From Dehalococcoidia bacterium (GTDB lineage Bacteria > Chloroflexota > Dehalococcoidia > DSTF01 > WHTK01): DNA of 64,000 bases. The stretch's first letter is position 1; each line of letters begins with the position of its first letter. The notes under the pieces are model-generated. The model saw nothing but the letters and a program-made list of their open reading frames with translations, ran no database searches and was not told where the DNA came from. Location of the stretch: positions 171,765-235,764 of the forward strand of contig OZ240228.1 of assembly GCA_965197795.1 (NCBI GenBank), written 5' to 3'. Below, piece after piece: positions 1 through 10,590 of the stretch. The position numbers were made by a program, and so were the translations under genes.

Positions 1-23
1 ATGGCGGCAGTGACTGCGTTTCG

Positions 24-1373
24 TTGCAGTACAGCGGCAGCATGCACGTGCGAAACGACGGCCTCGCGGCCGAAGGCACGCTGCGCCAGGGCGAGCACGT
101 CAGCGCCTGCATTCGCTACGAGCCGGGCCAACCGCACGACCTCGGGGAGGTCGGTGAGCTCGAAGTCGTCAAGCTGTTGGAGCAGACCGTCGCGTACTGG
201 ACCAACTGGACCTGGGGCTGTACGTACCAGGGTGAGTATCGCGACGACGTGATCCGCGCTGCGTTGACCTTGAAGGCGTTGACCTACGCGCCGTCGGGAG
301 CCCTGCTAGCGGCGGCAACCACGTCATTGCCCGAGGTCATCGGCGGCGGACGCAACTGGGACTATCGCTTTACCTGGATCCGTGACGCGACGTTTGCCCT
401 CTACGCCCTTTCCACGATTGGTTTTTACCAGGAGGCGCAGGACTTCAAGCAGTGGCTGGAGTGGAGCACGCTGGGCCGCGCCCGCGATCTGCAGATCATG
501 TACGGCATCACTGGAGAGCGCCGTCTAACCGAGATCGAGCTGCACGACCTCGAGGGCTATCGCAAGTCGCGTCCCGTACGCATCGGCAATCGAGCGCATG
601 ACCAGTTACAGCTCGACATATACGGCGAGATCATGGACTCGGCCCACCTGTTTCGGAAGTTCGGCGGGAACATAGACGATGCATACTGGGCCTACCTGCG
701 GCGCGTCGTCGCCTTCGTGCTCGACCATTGGCGTGAGCCCGATGACGGAATCTGGGAGTCGCGCGGCGGCGCGCAGCACTGGGTTTACTCCAAGGTCATG
801 TGTTGGGTGGCGCTCGATCGTGCGATCAAGGCGGCGCAGGACCTGGACTTGCCGAGCGACCTACCACGCTGGCGGGAGGCCCGGCAGACGATCCGCGACG
901 AGATCCTCGAACGTGGGTACGACGCCGAGCGCGGCCACTTCGTGCAGGCTTATGACTCTACGGTGCTGGACGCCAGCCTGTTGCTGCTACCGTTGGTTGG
1001 CTTCATCCCCGCCACGGACCCACGGATGCGGGCGACGATCGAAGCGATCGAGCGCGAGCTCACGACGCCGGAGGGTCTGGTCTACCGCTACAGGGAAACC
1101 GATGACGGCCTCGGCGGCGACGAAGGAGCGTTCGTCATTTGCTCCTTCTGGCTGTGTGACAATCTGATCTTCCTCGGACGCAAGGACGAGGCGCGTGCCC
1201 TTTTCGAGAAGCTCCGCACCTACAGCAACGACCTCGACCTCTATAGCGAGGAACTGGACCCGAGGACGCTGTCGATGCTCGGCAACTTCCCTCAGGCTTT
1301 CACGCACCTCGGGTTGATCGGCACAGCGGTACAGCTGGAATCGGAGCTGGTTCCGAGGTATCCCGGAGCCTGA
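24..1373 (+). CDS. Glycoside hydrolase family 15 (glucoamylase/glucodextranase/trehalase-like) catalytic domain protein; probably 5'-incomplete at window edge
   Basis: 449-aa ORF with GH15-like (alpha/alpha)6 catalytic-domain sequence ([25 protein letters not shown]). The frame is open back to the window start, and full GH15 proteins are ~600 aa with an N-terminal domain missing here. Confidence 0.75.
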   Translation: MQYSGSMHVRNDGLAAEGTLRQGEHVSACIRYEPGQPHDLGEVGELEVVKLLEQTVAYWTNWTWGCTYQGEYRDDVIRAALTLKALTYAPSGALLAAATTSLPEVIGGGRNWDYRFTWIRDATFALYALSTIGFYQEAQDFKQWLEWSTLGRARDLQIMYGITGERRLTEIELHDLEGYRKSRPVRIGNRAHDQLQLDIYGEIMDSAHLFRKFGGNIDDAYWAYLRRVVAFVLDHWREPDDGIWESRGGAQHWVYSKVMCWVALDRAIKAAQDLDLPSDLPRWREARQTIRDEILERGYDAERGHFVQAYDSTVLDASLLLLPLVGFIPATDPRMRATIEAIERELTTPEGLVYRYRETDDGLGGDEGAFVICSFWLCDNLIFLGRKDEARALFEKLRTYSNDLDLYSEELDPRTLSMLGNFPQAFTHLGLIGTAVQLESELVPRYPGA

Positions 1374-1598
1374 CGGCCTCAGCTGCGGTCATCAGGGCGT
1401 CGAGGTTTATTGCCGGCAGGGACGCCTACCGGCAGGCCCGCTGACTGCTGTGGCCGGAAGACGTTGGTGCCGAGAATCTATTCATGCGCTGGGAGTGAGA
1501 TTTGTAATCGCTCCGGCGCTAACCAAACACCCGCGTCTGCGTTGTCATTCTTAGAAAAAGGGCGCAAAATCTCGTAGGCGGGGGATTCAGGAAGACGA

Positions 1599-3743
1599 GT
1601 GACGGCGGACGTTAAAGTGCCCCGGTTCTTCCTCCGATTGCCGCTCCTCCAGCGACTCGATACTTCACGGCCTGGCGCGACCTCACGCAACGCGTTGCGT
1701 CGCGAAGAAGCACGTCAGCGCCATACCGAGAAGCGCTCCAGCTATCTGCCCGGTCTCGACGGCCTGCGGGCGCTTGCGGTCCTTGCCGTGTTGCTCTACC
1801 ACGCGCGGCCTGAGTGGCTGCCCGGCGGCTTCCTCGGCGTAGAGGTCTTCTTTGTCATCAGCGGCTTCATCATCACGCGCGCACTGCTGCGGGAGTGGCA
1901 AGAAGCGGGTCGTATCGACCTGCGCGCCTTCTGGCTGCGCCGCGCCCGGCGGCTGCTGCCGACGCTCTTCCTTCTCCTGGCCGGGGTTATGGCTTACACA
2001 GCGGCCTTCGAGGCCGACGTGGTCGCGAGCCTTCGCGCCGACGTGCTGGCGGCTCTGGCCTACGTCACCAACTGGCACTTGATCCTGGGCGACCAGTCCT
2101 ACTTCGCGAGCTTCGAAAAGCCGTCGTTGCTGCTCCACTTGTGGTCACTGGCTATCGAGGAGCAGTTTTATTTCGTCTGGCCGCTGTTGCTCGCCGGCCT
2201 GTTGCCGCTGTTGCGCAAGAAGGCAACCTTCCTCCTGATCGTCGCTGGCATCCTCGGCTCCACAGCCGCCATGATGATGATGTACCAGCCCGGAAGCGAC
2301 ACGGCGCGTCTTTACTACGGCACCGACACACGGGCGGCGGCGCTGCTCTGCGGCGCGGGGCTCGCCTTCCTGTATTCGAACGGCTCGCTCGGCGCTCGTC
2401 AGCGCTCGCGATGGCTGATGGCGCTGCTCGGGCTCGCGGCGCTGGGGGGTCTTGCCGCTGCGGCGTACTTCATGGCCGAAGACGCCTCGTTGCTCTACCA
2501 GGGTGGCTTCCTCGGTGTCAGCCTAATGACGGCGGTCCTGATATTCGTCGCGACGCAGCGAAACGCGCTCTCGAGGCTGCTCGACATCGCGTCGCTGCGC
2601 TGGATCGGTATACGGTCCTACGGCCTCTACCTGTGGCACTGGCCGATCTTCCTGACGACCTGGCCGGAGACGCCGGCCCTCGAGATTCTCGCCGCGCAGG
2701 TGGCCGCGACCTTCGTCATCGGGGCGCTGTCCTATCGCTTCGTCGAGACGCCGATTCGTAACGGCGCGCTGGGCCGAGTCTGGTCCGACGTGCGCGCCTG
2801 GGGCCGGCTGCGACCCGGCTATCGAAGCGGGCTCGTCCTGGGCGGAAACGCGGTCGTGGCCGTCGTCGCGACCCTGGTGATCGTGGGGGCGCAGGCTCAG
2901 GCGCCGGAGCAACCCGACTACTTCGCGCTGGACGGCGTTCGCCTGCAGAGCAGCGCTTCGGACGCGCGGGCCGACGCCGACTCCCGCATCTGGCCGGTAA
3001 GCGACCTGGTCGAGAGCTTCGATCTGCGGTTGTCTCCGCCTGAGCTGATGGCGCTGAGCTTCGTCTGTCCGGCCAGCCTGCACCCCGGCCTTGCGCTCGC
3101 ATCGGGGTGTGGTGACGCGAGCGTCGTTAGCGTCGCGATCAGCGACGCCGAGGACGTGCCGCCGCCGGCAGGCGATCTGGACGAAGCCATTTCCCGCGAT
3201 GCGTTCGTGGCGGCAGGGTCTTCGAAGCCGGTGTCGCTGCAGATACCTGAGCGGCGAGAGGTCCCGTCCGACACGCCCCTCGTCACGGCGATCGGCGACT
3301 CGGTAATGCTGGGCGCCGCGACCTGGCTGGCAGGCAGCATCCCCAACATCGACCTCGATTCGAAGGTTGGCCGGCAGGCTTCGTCCGCGATCGCGCTACT
3401 GCAGGAGCGGCTGGCGGCCGGTCAGCTTGGGCCGATCGTTCTCGTTCACATCGGCAACAACGGTACCCTGACAGAAGCGCAGTTCGAACGGATCATCGCG
3501 ATCGCCGGCCCGGACCGGCAGGTCATCTTCCTCAACACGCGTGTGCCGCGGACGTGGCAGGACGGCAACAACGCGGTGCTGTCGGCCGGCGCGCAGCGGC
3601 ACGTGAATACGACGCTGATCGACTGGTACGGCGTGACGCAAGATCACCCCGAGCTGTTTGCCCACGACCGCATACACCTCAACGGCGCTGGAGCGGAGCT
3701 CTACACGCGACTCGTGATCGACGCCGTGCTGGGCAAGTCTTAA
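1599..3743 (+). CDS. Acyltransferase family 3 (OafA/YrhL-like) membrane protein fused to C-terminal SGNH/GDSL hydrolase domain
   Basis: 714-aa ORF. The N-terminal half is polytopic with the acyltransferase-3 signature LPGLDGLRALAVLAVLLYH. The C-terminal ~200 aa carry GDSVMLGAA (SGNH catalytic Ser block) and a DxxH-like end. The precise start is uncertain. Confidence 0.8.
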   Translation: MTADVKVPRFFLRLPLLQRLDTSRPGATSRNALRREEARQRHTEKRSSYLPGLDGLRALAVLAVLLYHARPEWLPGGFLGVEVFFVISGFIITRALLREWQEAGRIDLRAFWLRRARRLLPTLFLLLAGVMAYTAAFEADVVASLRADVLAALAYVTNWHLILGDQSYFASFEKPSLLLHLWSLAIEEQFYFVWPLLLAGLLPLLRKKATFLLIVAGILGSTAAMMMMYQPGSDTARLYYGTDTRAAALLCGAGLAFLYSNGSLGARQRSRWLMALLGLAALGGLAAAAYFMAEDASLLYQGGFLGVSLMTAVLIFVATQRNALSRLLDIASLRWIGIRSYGLYLWHWPIFLTTWPETPALEILAAQVAATFVIGALSYRFVETPIRNGALGRVWSDVRAWGRLRPGYRSGLVLGGNAVVAVVATLVIVGAQAQAPEQPDYFALDGVRLQSSASDARADADSRIWPVSDLVESFDLRLSPPELMALSFVCPASLHPGLALASGCGDASVVSVAISDAEDVPPPAGDLDEAISRDAFVAAGSSKPVSLQIPERREVPSDTPLVTAIGDSVMLGAATWLAGSIPNIDLDSKVGRQASSAIALLQERLAAGQLGPIVLVHIGNNGTLTEAQFERIIAIAGPDRQVIFLNTRVPRTWQDGNNAVLSAGAQRHVNTTLIDWYGVTQDHPELFAHDRIHLNGAGAELYTRLVIDAVLGKS

Positions 3744-3814
3744 GCCGCTCCGCTACGAATCCGTTAGAATCGGCGCGTCTCGATGCAGGCTCAGGCTGCC
3801 TGAAGGAGTGAGCG

Positions 3815-4969
3815 ATGCGCGTTTATGACTTCGCCGTTGGCAACCCGGACCCGGGTTCCTTTCCCGCAACCGAGCTGGCCGAGGCTACGGCGCGCGTGCT
3901 GGAACGAGACGGCGAGAAGCTGGTGCTCTACCCGGATCAACGCGGCCACGCGCCCTTGCGTGAGATCGGCGCGGTGCGGTTCGCCAAGAATCACGGCCGC
4001 GACATGTCGATCGACAACATGGCGTTGACCACGGGGTCGATGCAGGCGATCAGCCTCACCTGCCAGGCTTTCCTCCAGCCAGGCGACACGATCATCACCG
4101 AGGAGTTCTCTTATTCCGGCAGCATCAACTGCTTCCGCAAGTACGAAGCGAACATGGTCGGTATCCCGGTCGACGACGAGGGCATGAACACCAATGCGTT
4201 GGAGGAGACGCTCAAGGATCTCGATAGCAAGGGCACGCTGCCGAAGTTCGTCTACAGCATCGGCACCAACCAGAACCCTACGGGCACCATGATGCCGGTG
4301 CAGCGGCGCGAGAAGCTGCTGCAGCTGACTCAGCGCTACGGTATCCCGGTGCTGGACGACGATTGCTACGCCGACCTGCTGTTCGGCATCCCGGCGCCGA
4401 CCAGCCTCTACGCGATGGACCCGGAGTCGGTCATCTACATCGGTTCGTTCTCGAAGATCCTGGGGCCGGGCCTGCGGCTTGGCTTCTTCGCCGCGAAGGA
4501 CGAGTGGCTGCAGAAGATCCTGGGCTGGAAGCTCGACGCGGGTACGAACAACTTCGCCGCGTTTGTGGCGGCGGAGTACCTCAAGGATCACCTCTGGGAC
4601 CACGTCGACGAGATCAACCAGATCGTCAAGAGCAAGCTGGACGTCGTGGTCGAGGCGCTGGACGCCAACCAGGACGCGTTCGTCGAGCACAGCAACCCCA
4701 AGGGGGGCCTGTTCATCTGGGTCAAGCTGCCGGAGGACGCCGAGCCGAACCGCGTCCTCGAGATCGCGGGCCAGAGGGGTGTGCGATACGGCACCGGCAA
4801 GGCGTTTCACTCCGGCGGTCAGGACGTCAGCTATCTGCGCATCGCCTTTGGCCACGCCGCCCACGACGACTTCCGGGAAGGCATCCCGCTGCTCGCCGAG
4901 TGCATCCGCGAGGCACAAGCCATTCCTGCTGTCGCGGCGACCTGGTCAGGTGCGGGCTCGACCGAGTGA
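3815..4969 (+). CDS. PLP-dependent aminotransferase, class I/II fold
   Basis: 384-aa ORF. SFSKILGPGLRLGF contains the PLP-lysine motif typical of aminotransferase class I/II; an RBS-like GGAG lies upstream. The 375-aa antisense ORF 3791..4918 is rejected. Confidence 0.8.
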   Translation: MRVYDFAVGNPDPGSFPATELAEATARVLERDGEKLVLYPDQRGHAPLREIGAVRFAKNHGRDMSIDNMALTTGSMQAISLTCQAFLQPGDTIITEEFSYSGSINCFRKYEANMVGIPVDDEGMNTNALEETLKDLDSKGTLPKFVYSIGTNQNPTGTMMPVQRREKLLQLTQRYGIPVLDDDCYADLLFGIPAPTSLYAMDPESVIYIGSFSKILGPGLRLGFFAAKDEWLQKILGWKLDAGTNNFAAFVAAEYLKDHLWDHVDEINQIVKSKLDVVVEALDANQDAFVEHSNPKGGLFIWVKLPEDAEPNRVLEIAGQRGVRYGTGKAFHSGGQDVSYLRIAFGHAAHDDFREGIPLLAECIREAQAIPAVAATWSGAGSTE

Positions 4970-4999
4970 GCGCTGGCCGGTCTTACGGACGCGGTCGGT

Positions 5000-5606
5000 C
5001 TAAAGAAAACCCAGCTCCTGCAGGCAGGCGCGCAGCTCATCGATCCCCTCGACGCGGTGGGCGGCCATGCCGACCTGCTTCGCCGCGTCCACGTTGGGCT
5101 GCTGATCGTCGAAGAAGGTGACGTCCGCCGCCGTGACCGCCATCTCGACGAGGATGTGCTCGTAGATCTCCCGCGCCGGTTTTCGCATACCGAGCTCGTG
5201 TGAGGCGAATGAGCGCTCGAAGTGATCCGGGACGCCCAGCGCGGCGTTGCGGCACAGTGCACCTCGTTGGAGTTGCTGAGGGCGGCGAGCCGGAAGCGCG
5301 GCCGCAGGGCGTCCCTGGTCTCCGCGGCGCCGGGCAACAGCCCGCTGGTCCAGTTCTCGAAGTTGGCGAGGAAGCCGGCGGCATCGATGCTGAGGTCGGC
5401 CTGCTCTACGAAGCGCTGCGAAAACTCCTCGGGCGTCAGGAGTCCCTTCTCGAAGGCGTCTCAGGCTTCCATGGCCGGCCAGCCGGTCCCATCCGGGCGT
5501 AGCGGTCCTCTGAGGTAGGGCTTGATGTCGCGTTCTCCTGTCACCTCGACGACGACGCGACCGAGGTCGAACAGGAGCAGGCGTTTGGGGTTATAGTTCA
5601 TCATCA
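5000..5606 (-). pseudogene. HAD-superfamily hydrolase, disrupted by an in-frame stop and a frameshift
   Basis: The reverse strand reads MMNYNPKRLLLFDLGRVVVEV (HAD motif I DxG-like start), then a TGA stop, then continues as LSNSNEVH. The C-terminal piece (ORF 5000..5188, VTFFDDQQPNVDAAKQVGM = HAD motif IV) is in another frame. At least one stop and one frameshift are present. Confidence 0.55.
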
Positions 5607-5744
5607 ATCTCGCCTGGGAATCGGCTCTATGGGATTCGGACGAACGGCCTATTCGATTGTTTGCGCCAAGTTAGCACGCGTCTTTACCGCTCAGGCTGCC
5701 ACTGTCTCAAATCCTGGGGAAGGAATTGATTACGAAAGTGCGAA

Positions 5745-6461
5745 CTACACCGGTATTGGCACCGAGTTGTGGTCCTCCGTTTCGACCAAGAGACGAAACC
5801 GCGAGCCATCCATTGCGAAAGGCGGTCGGTCGAGAAACACGCCGGAGCCCATTCCAAGTCTCGAATGTGCGTTTGTTGGCTTGTCAAGATTTGCCGCGAT
5901 CCATTCCCCTGCTGATGGTTGATGCTCGGTAAGAAGAATCCATCTGTACCTGTCCAGCTTCGGAAGTATGCGCGCGATGTCATCGTTCGAGAGATGCTGC
6001 AACACCTGCCTCAGAATGCAGATATCGCCGACGGGTAGGTCTGCCGTTGTCAGGTCCAGACAGAAGAACCGAACGTTACTTCGCGTAAACGCCTTTGAGT
6101 TTGCCTCAACTAAGGATGCAACCACATCCACGCCAACATACTCACCGCACAAGTCGACTAACTGAGAGCCTATCTCGAAATCGCCACAGCCAAGATCGAC
6201 AACAGTTTTGTTTTCGCTTTCAACACTCGACAGCCACCGGCGAACCGCGTCTATATAAGGGCTAGCTTGGCGTGGATCGTGTGTCCCCGCGCCGGAATAC
6301 GCCAGGCCAGGTGTGCCTCCCCAACGGTTATTTGAATAGACAGCAGAGAAAATCTCCGAAGCGGTGCTACGCGGCATCCAACGACGTTCCAAGGTGAACC
6401 GACACCGCCACAGCAGGGCTTGAAAGCGGAAGGGAAGAAGTCTACGGAGCAGGGCCTTCAT
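5745..6461 (-). CDS. Class I SAM-dependent methyltransferase
   Basis: 238-aa ORF with VVDLGCGDFEIG (motif I GxGxG) and the later LQHL motif. The local GC is visibly lower than surrounding genes, suggesting horizontal origin. Confidence 0.7.
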   Translation of the reverse strand: MKALLRRLLPFRFQALLWRCRFTLERRWMPRSTASEIFSAVYSNNRWGGTPGLAYSGAGTHDPRQASPYIDAVRRWLSSVESENKTVVDLGCGDFEIGSQLVDLCGEYVGVDVVASLVEANSKAFTRSNVRFFCLDLTTADLPVGDICILRQVLQHLSNDDIARILPKLDRYRWILLTEHQPSAGEWIAANLDKPTNAHSRLGMGSGVFLDRPPFAMDGSRFRLLVETEDHNSVPIPV

Positions 6462-6584
6462 CCGAACCTTGCCCGCATGGACAGAATCGCGCGCTGGTCA
6501 CGATGCGGCGATTCTGTCGCTGGAGTCGTTCGCTTGTCCCGGTGCAGCAATTCTGTGGTCAGGGCCCTGGGGTCGCGTGACCGT

Positions 6585-8420
6585 TTAGGCCAGTCCGGGC
6601 AGGCTCTTCACCCTCTCGACGATCTTCGACGCCGAGATGCCGGCCCAGTCCCGCAGCTCCTCCGGCGCGCCGGAGCCCGGCATCTGCGTCACCGCCTGCT
6701 TGACGACCCGGCCGCGCAACTCGGCGCCGCCTTCGGATATGGCAGCCAGCACCGCGTCGCCGAGGCCGCCCTCGGCCCAATGATCCTCGACGACCAGCAT
6801 GCTGCCGGTGTCGGCCAGCGCCTTCGACAGCGTTTCGCTATCGATCGGCTTGACGGAGTAGGCGTCGATGACTCGCGTGGCGATGCCGTCGGAGGCCAAT
6901 GCGTCGGCCGCCTTGAGACATTCGAATACCGTGATGCCGGCGCCGACCAGCGTCACTTTGTCGCCGGCGCTGGAGCGCAGGGTCTTGCTGCCGCCGATCG
7001 GGAACTGCTCGTCCGCTGCGTAGAGGACGTCGGTCTTCTCGCGCGTGGTGCGGATGTAGGAGATGCCGGGCAGGTCGGCCATCTGGCTGACGAGTTGAGC
7101 CGTCGAGTTGCCGTCCGAGGGGTAGAGCACGGTGGAGCCGTGCACGGCGCGCATCATCGCGAGGTCCTCCAGCGCCATCTGGGACGGCCCATCCTGGCCG
7201 ATCGAGACGCCGGCGTGCGAGCCGCACAGGGCGATCTTGGCGCGGCTCACGGCTCCCATGCGCACGAAGTCGTAGGCGCGCGTTATGAAGGCGCCGAAGG
7301 TGGCCGCAAACGGCGTCCGCCCCAGCACTTGAAGGCCGATCGCGGCGCCCACCATGTTCTGCTCCGCGATGTAGAACTGGAAGAAGCGGTCCGGCGCCAC
7401 CTTGGCGAAGTCCTCGGTGTGGGTGGAGTTGCTGACCTCGGCGTCGAGAACGACGACGTCGGTGCGCGCCGAAAGCGCCGCCAGCGTCTCGCCGAACGCT
7501 TTGCGCGTCGGTATACCGTCGGTGTAGACGGGCAGCTTTACGGGCTTGCTGCCGTCCCGCGCCGCCCTGTACTCGGGCGGCGGCGGCGTGATGGAGAGTG
7601 AGCGCTCGCCGCCGAGCTCCTCGATCGCTTGTTTGGCCAACTCGGCGTTGAGCGCGACGCCGTGGAAGCCTTCCTTGTTCTCGAGGGCGGAGGCGCCTTT
7701 GCCCTTGAACGTTCTGGCGATGATGAAGCTCGGGACCTCGGCGGCCTCCGCCTCACGGTACGCCTCATCGATCTGGGACACGTCATGGCCATCGACCTCG
7801 ATGACGCGCCAGCCGAAGGCGCGGGCGCGGTCGGTGTACACGGCGCCTTCCCATTCCAGCATCGTCGCGCCGCGCTGGCCCAGGCGGTTCATGTCGAGGA
7901 CGGCGACGAGGTTCGAGAGGCCGTGATGCGACGCGGCCTGCATCGCTTCCCAGACGCTACCTTCGGCCGTCTCGGAGTCGCCGAGCAGCACCCAGACGCG
8001 CCCCGGCGATCCGGTCAGGCGCTGGCCGATTGCCATGCCCAGCGCGATCGGCAGGCCCTGCCCCAGCGATCCCGTCGCGACGTCCACCCAGGGCATCTCC
8101 TTGAGCGGCGCCGGGTGCCCTTCCACGGGACTGCCCATCTTGCGCAGCGACAGCATCTGCTCGTCCGTGATCACGCCAAGCGCCTTGAAGATCGAGTAGA
8201 GCAGCGGCGACCCGTGGCCCTTGGACAGTACGAAGCGGTCGTTGCCGGCGCTCTTCGGATCGTTGACGTCGTAGCGGAAGTGATCGGCGAACAGCACGGC
8301 GGCCAGGTGCGAGGCGGACATAGAGGTCGAGGGATGGCCGGAGCCGGCTGCTGTGGTCGAGCGGATGCTGTCGACACTCAACTGGGCGGCGAGTTGGTTC
8401 CAAAACGCGGTCTTATCCAT
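6585..8420 (-). CDS. tkt: Transketolase (single-chain ~610-aa form)
   Basis: 611-aa ORF with a TPP-binding N-terminus (GHPSTSMSASHLAAVLF, GDSETAEGSVWEA), a Pyr domain and a C-terminal domain. The antisense ORF 6420..7601 is rejected. Confidence 0.9.
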   Translation of the reverse strand: MDKTAFWNQLAAQLSVDSIRSTTAAGSGHPSTSMSASHLAAVLFADHFRYDVNDPKSAGNDRFVLSKGHGSPLLYSIFKALGVITDEQMLSLRKMGSPVEGHPAPLKEMPWVDVATGSLGQGLPIALGMAIGQRLTGSPGRVWVLLGDSETAEGSVWEAMQAASHHGLSNLVAVLDMNRLGQRGATMLEWEGAVYTDRARAFGWRVIEVDGHDVSQIDEAYREAEAAEVPSFIIARTFKGKGASALENKEGFHGVALNAELAKQAIEELGGERSLSITPPPPEYRAARDGSKPVKLPVYTDGIPTRKAFGETLAALSARTDVVVLDAEVSNSTHTEDFAKVAPDRFFQFYIAEQNMVGAAIGLQVLGRTPFAATFGAFITRAYDFVRMGAVSRAKIALCGSHAGVSIGQDGPSQMALEDLAMMRAVHGSTVLYPSDGNSTAQLVSQMADLPGISYIRTTREKTDVLYAADEQFPIGGSKTLRSSAGDKVTLVGAGITVFECLKAADALASDGIATRVIDAYSVKPIDSETLSKALADTGSMLVVEDHWAEGGLGDAVLAAISEGGAELRGRVVKQAVTQMPGSGAPEELRDWAGISASKIVERVKSLPGLA

Positions 8421-8557
8421 GGCGGACTCCGGCTAGACTGAGGCTCAGCGGTGAGCAGGGGTGGTATCGATCATTCTAGAACCCGCCTCGCCGGGCTGCA
8501 TAGACGCCCGGTGGTGGGCAGACTGACGAACCGCAAATCTGGGGGTATCCGTAACTC

Positions 8558-8926
8558 TTGCACTACACTCGCATCTTCGCCGGCGCCGATGGGGAGTCGT
8601 ACTTCGAGGACGTGGACCTCGAGCTGCACGAAGTGGCGTACGCGCCGCCGGCGCCGCCCTTCTTCGTCTCGCAGCCCTCGCCCGCGACCGCCGTTGCCTG
8701 GACCACGATCCCGGCGGGCTGGTCGGGCGATTGGCATCCTACGCCGCGCCTGCAGTGGTGGTTCCAGCTCGCGGGTGAGGTGGAGGTTGGGACCTCCGAC
8801 GGCGCGATACGGCGTTTCGTCGCGGGCAGCGTGGTGCGCCTCGAGGATACGACGGGCCGCGGCCACACGACGCGGGTGGTCGGGGAAGGGGATGTCGTCG
8901 CGGTGTACGCGCACATACCGGAGTGA
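8558..8926 (+). CDS. Small cupin-fold protein
   Basis: 122-aa ORF, beta-rich, with a WxxxH...G motif compatible with cupin_2; no metal-ligand certainty. Confidence 0.5.
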   Translation: MHYTRIFAGADGESYFEDVDLELHEVAYAPPAPPFFVSQPSPATAVAWTTIPAGWSGDWHPTPRLQWWFQLAGEVEVGTSDGAIRRFVAGSVVRLEDTTGRGHTTRVVGEGDVVAVYAHIPE

Positions 8927-8943
8927 GGCCCGGACTGAGGAAC

Positions 8944-8974
8944 GTCATTCTGAGGCGATAGCCGAAGAATCAAG
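8944..8974. repeat. Dispersed short repeat, copy 1 (GTCATTCTGAGGCGATAGCCGAAGAATCAAG)
   Basis: Near-identical to copies at 9097 and 19964; lies 18 nt after the cupin gene stop. Confidence 0.7.
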
Positions 8975-9096
8975 GTGTCCCGTTCTCGGACCAGTGCCCG
9001 GTCGTCGGGGACTCACCGGGGTAAGAGACCGGGAGGAGCCGTTTTGTAAGACGCCTCGCTCAGGTCCTTTCGCAGGCTCAGGACGACATACCGAAT

Positions 9097-9128
9097 GTCA
9101 TTCTGAGGCGGCAGCCAAAGAATCGAAG
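9097..9128. repeat. Dispersed short repeat, copy 2 (GTCATTCTGAGGCGGCAGCCAAAGAATCGAAG)
   Basis: Same family as 8944 and 19964, read by eye. Confidence 0.7.
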
Positions 9129-9191
9129 CACTGCGTCTGCCGGCGCGTCCCGTTCGTCCGAGGCCGGAGTGTTTTGATCCTTCGCCTGGAC

Positions 9192-9240
9192 GGCTTAGGA
9201 TGACAGAGGGAGGTGGCTCAGGATGACAAATCAGGATGGC
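9192..9240. repeat. Inverted-orientation partial copies of the same repeat core (CTTAGGATGACAG / CTCAGGATGACAAAT)
   Basis: CCTCAGGATGAC is the reverse complement of GTCATCCTGAGG, the core of the repeat family; two tandem partial copies. Confidence 0.5.
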
Positions 9241-10412
9241 AATCGCCCTACCAGCTCGTGGGTCTTGAGGCCGGAGCCGGTGTTGAACAGGACGACGCTC
9301 TCGGCCGGGTCCAGCTTGCCCTGCGCCAGGAGCTTCTTGTAGCCGGCGTAGCCTGCCGCACCCTCCGGCGCCGCGAAGATGCCCTCCAGCCGGGCCATCT
9401 CGCCCATCGCCACCAGGATTTCGTCGTCGGAAACCGCGACTGCCGTGCCGTGGCTGTCGCGGATCGCATCCAGGATGAGGTAGTCGGCGATTGCGGCGGG
9501 GACGCGTATACCGGGCGCGATCGTGTGCGCGTCCTGCCACGGCTCCGCCTCACGAAGGCCGGCGTCGTAGGCGCGGACGATCGGCGCGCAGCCCTCCGCC
9601 TGCACGGAGACGAATCGAGGGCGCTCGGGGCCGATCCAGCCCAGCGCCTCCAGCTCATCGAAGGCCTTCCACATACCGACGATGCCGGTGCCGCCGCCGG
9701 TGGGATAGACCAGGACGTCGGGCAGCTTCCAGTCGAACTGCAGGGCGAGCTCCAGGCCCATCGTTTTCTTGCCCTCGGCGCGGTAGGGCTCGCGCAGGGT
9801 CGAGACGTCGAACCAGCCCTCGGCCGGCCCGCGCTCGCGCACGATGCGTCCAGCGTCGGAGATCAGCCCGTCGACCAGCTCGACGTGGGCGCCGTAGACG
9901 GTGCATTCGTTCTTCATCGCGTCCGGCGTATCGGCGGGCATGAAGATGAACGTCTCGATGCCCGCTCGCGCGCCGTAGGCTGCGAGGGCGGCAGCGGCGT
10001 TGCCGGCGGATGGGACCGCGAGCTTCTGGACGCCCAGCTCCTTCGCCTTGGAGACGGCCACCGAGAGGCCGCGCGCCTTGAAGCTGCCGGTTGGATTCAA
10101 CCCTTCTTCCTTGACGAAAACCCGACGTGCGCCGGTCTGCGCTTCGATGCCGGGGGCGGGCAGCAGCGGCGTGCCGCCTTCGCCTAGCGTGACGACGTTG
10201 GTCTCGTCCCGAATCGGCATCAGCTCGAACCAACGCCACATCGATGGCTCACGTGCCGTAATCGTCTCGGGCGTCAGATCGCGCTTCACTGCTTCGAGGT
10301 CGTAGCGGGCGTAGAGGACCTTGCCGCAGGCATCACAGGTGGTCTGCAGCACGTCGGCGCTGTGTTGTTTGCCGCAATTCGTGCAATCGAGGTGTGAGAG
10401 GTAGCTCTTCAT
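9231..10412 (-). CDS. thrC: Threonine synthase, archaeal-type with N-terminal zinc ribbon
   Basis: The ORF track extends to 10847, but residues 1-145 are low-complexity S/G/P translation of the 21-bp tandem repeat. The real start is Met146 (MKSYLSHLDCTNCGK...CDACG Zn ribbon), giving 393 aa. The PLP site is GSFKARG. Confidence 0.85.
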   Translation of the reverse strand: MKSYLSHLDCTNCGKQHSADVLQTTCDACGKVLYARYDLEAVKRDLTPETITAREPSMWRWFELMPIRDETNVVTLGEGGTPLLPAPGIEAQTGARRVFVKEEGLNPTGSFKARGLSVAVSKAKELGVQKLAVPSAGNAAAALAAYGARAGIETFIFMPADTPDAMKNECTVYGAHVELVDGLISDAGRIVRERGPAEGWFDVSTLREPYRAEGKKTMGLELALQFDWKLPDVLVYPTGGGTGIVGMWKAFDELEALGWIGPERPRFVSVQAEGCAPIVRAYDAGLREAEPWQDAHTIAPGIRVPAAIADYLILDAIRDSHGTAVAVSDDEILVAMGEMARLEGIFAAPEGAAGYAGYKKLLAQGKLDPAESVVLFNTGSGLKTHELVGRLPS

Positions 10413-10590
10413 GGTTCCCGCCAGGCTAGATGAACGCCGCGCCGGGGCGCTGCAAGGGTCAGAAAGATTCCGATTTAGCCGAGAATACATGTGATATGCG
10501 TCTATTCCGCAAGAAACAGGACTCCCTTGCCCACCAGGAATAGCTGGACGGTCGGACCTCCAGGCCTTCGTCGAGGAGGATGGCTTCCCG

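Noticed and set aside
3791-4918. 375-aa minus-strand ORF
   Set aside because: Antisense to the aminotransferase; no recognisable motifs.
6420-7601. 393-aa plus-strand ORF antisense to transketolase
   Set aside because: A typical GC-rich antisense open frame (Arg/Ala/Gly-rich); transketolase on the other strand is unambiguous.
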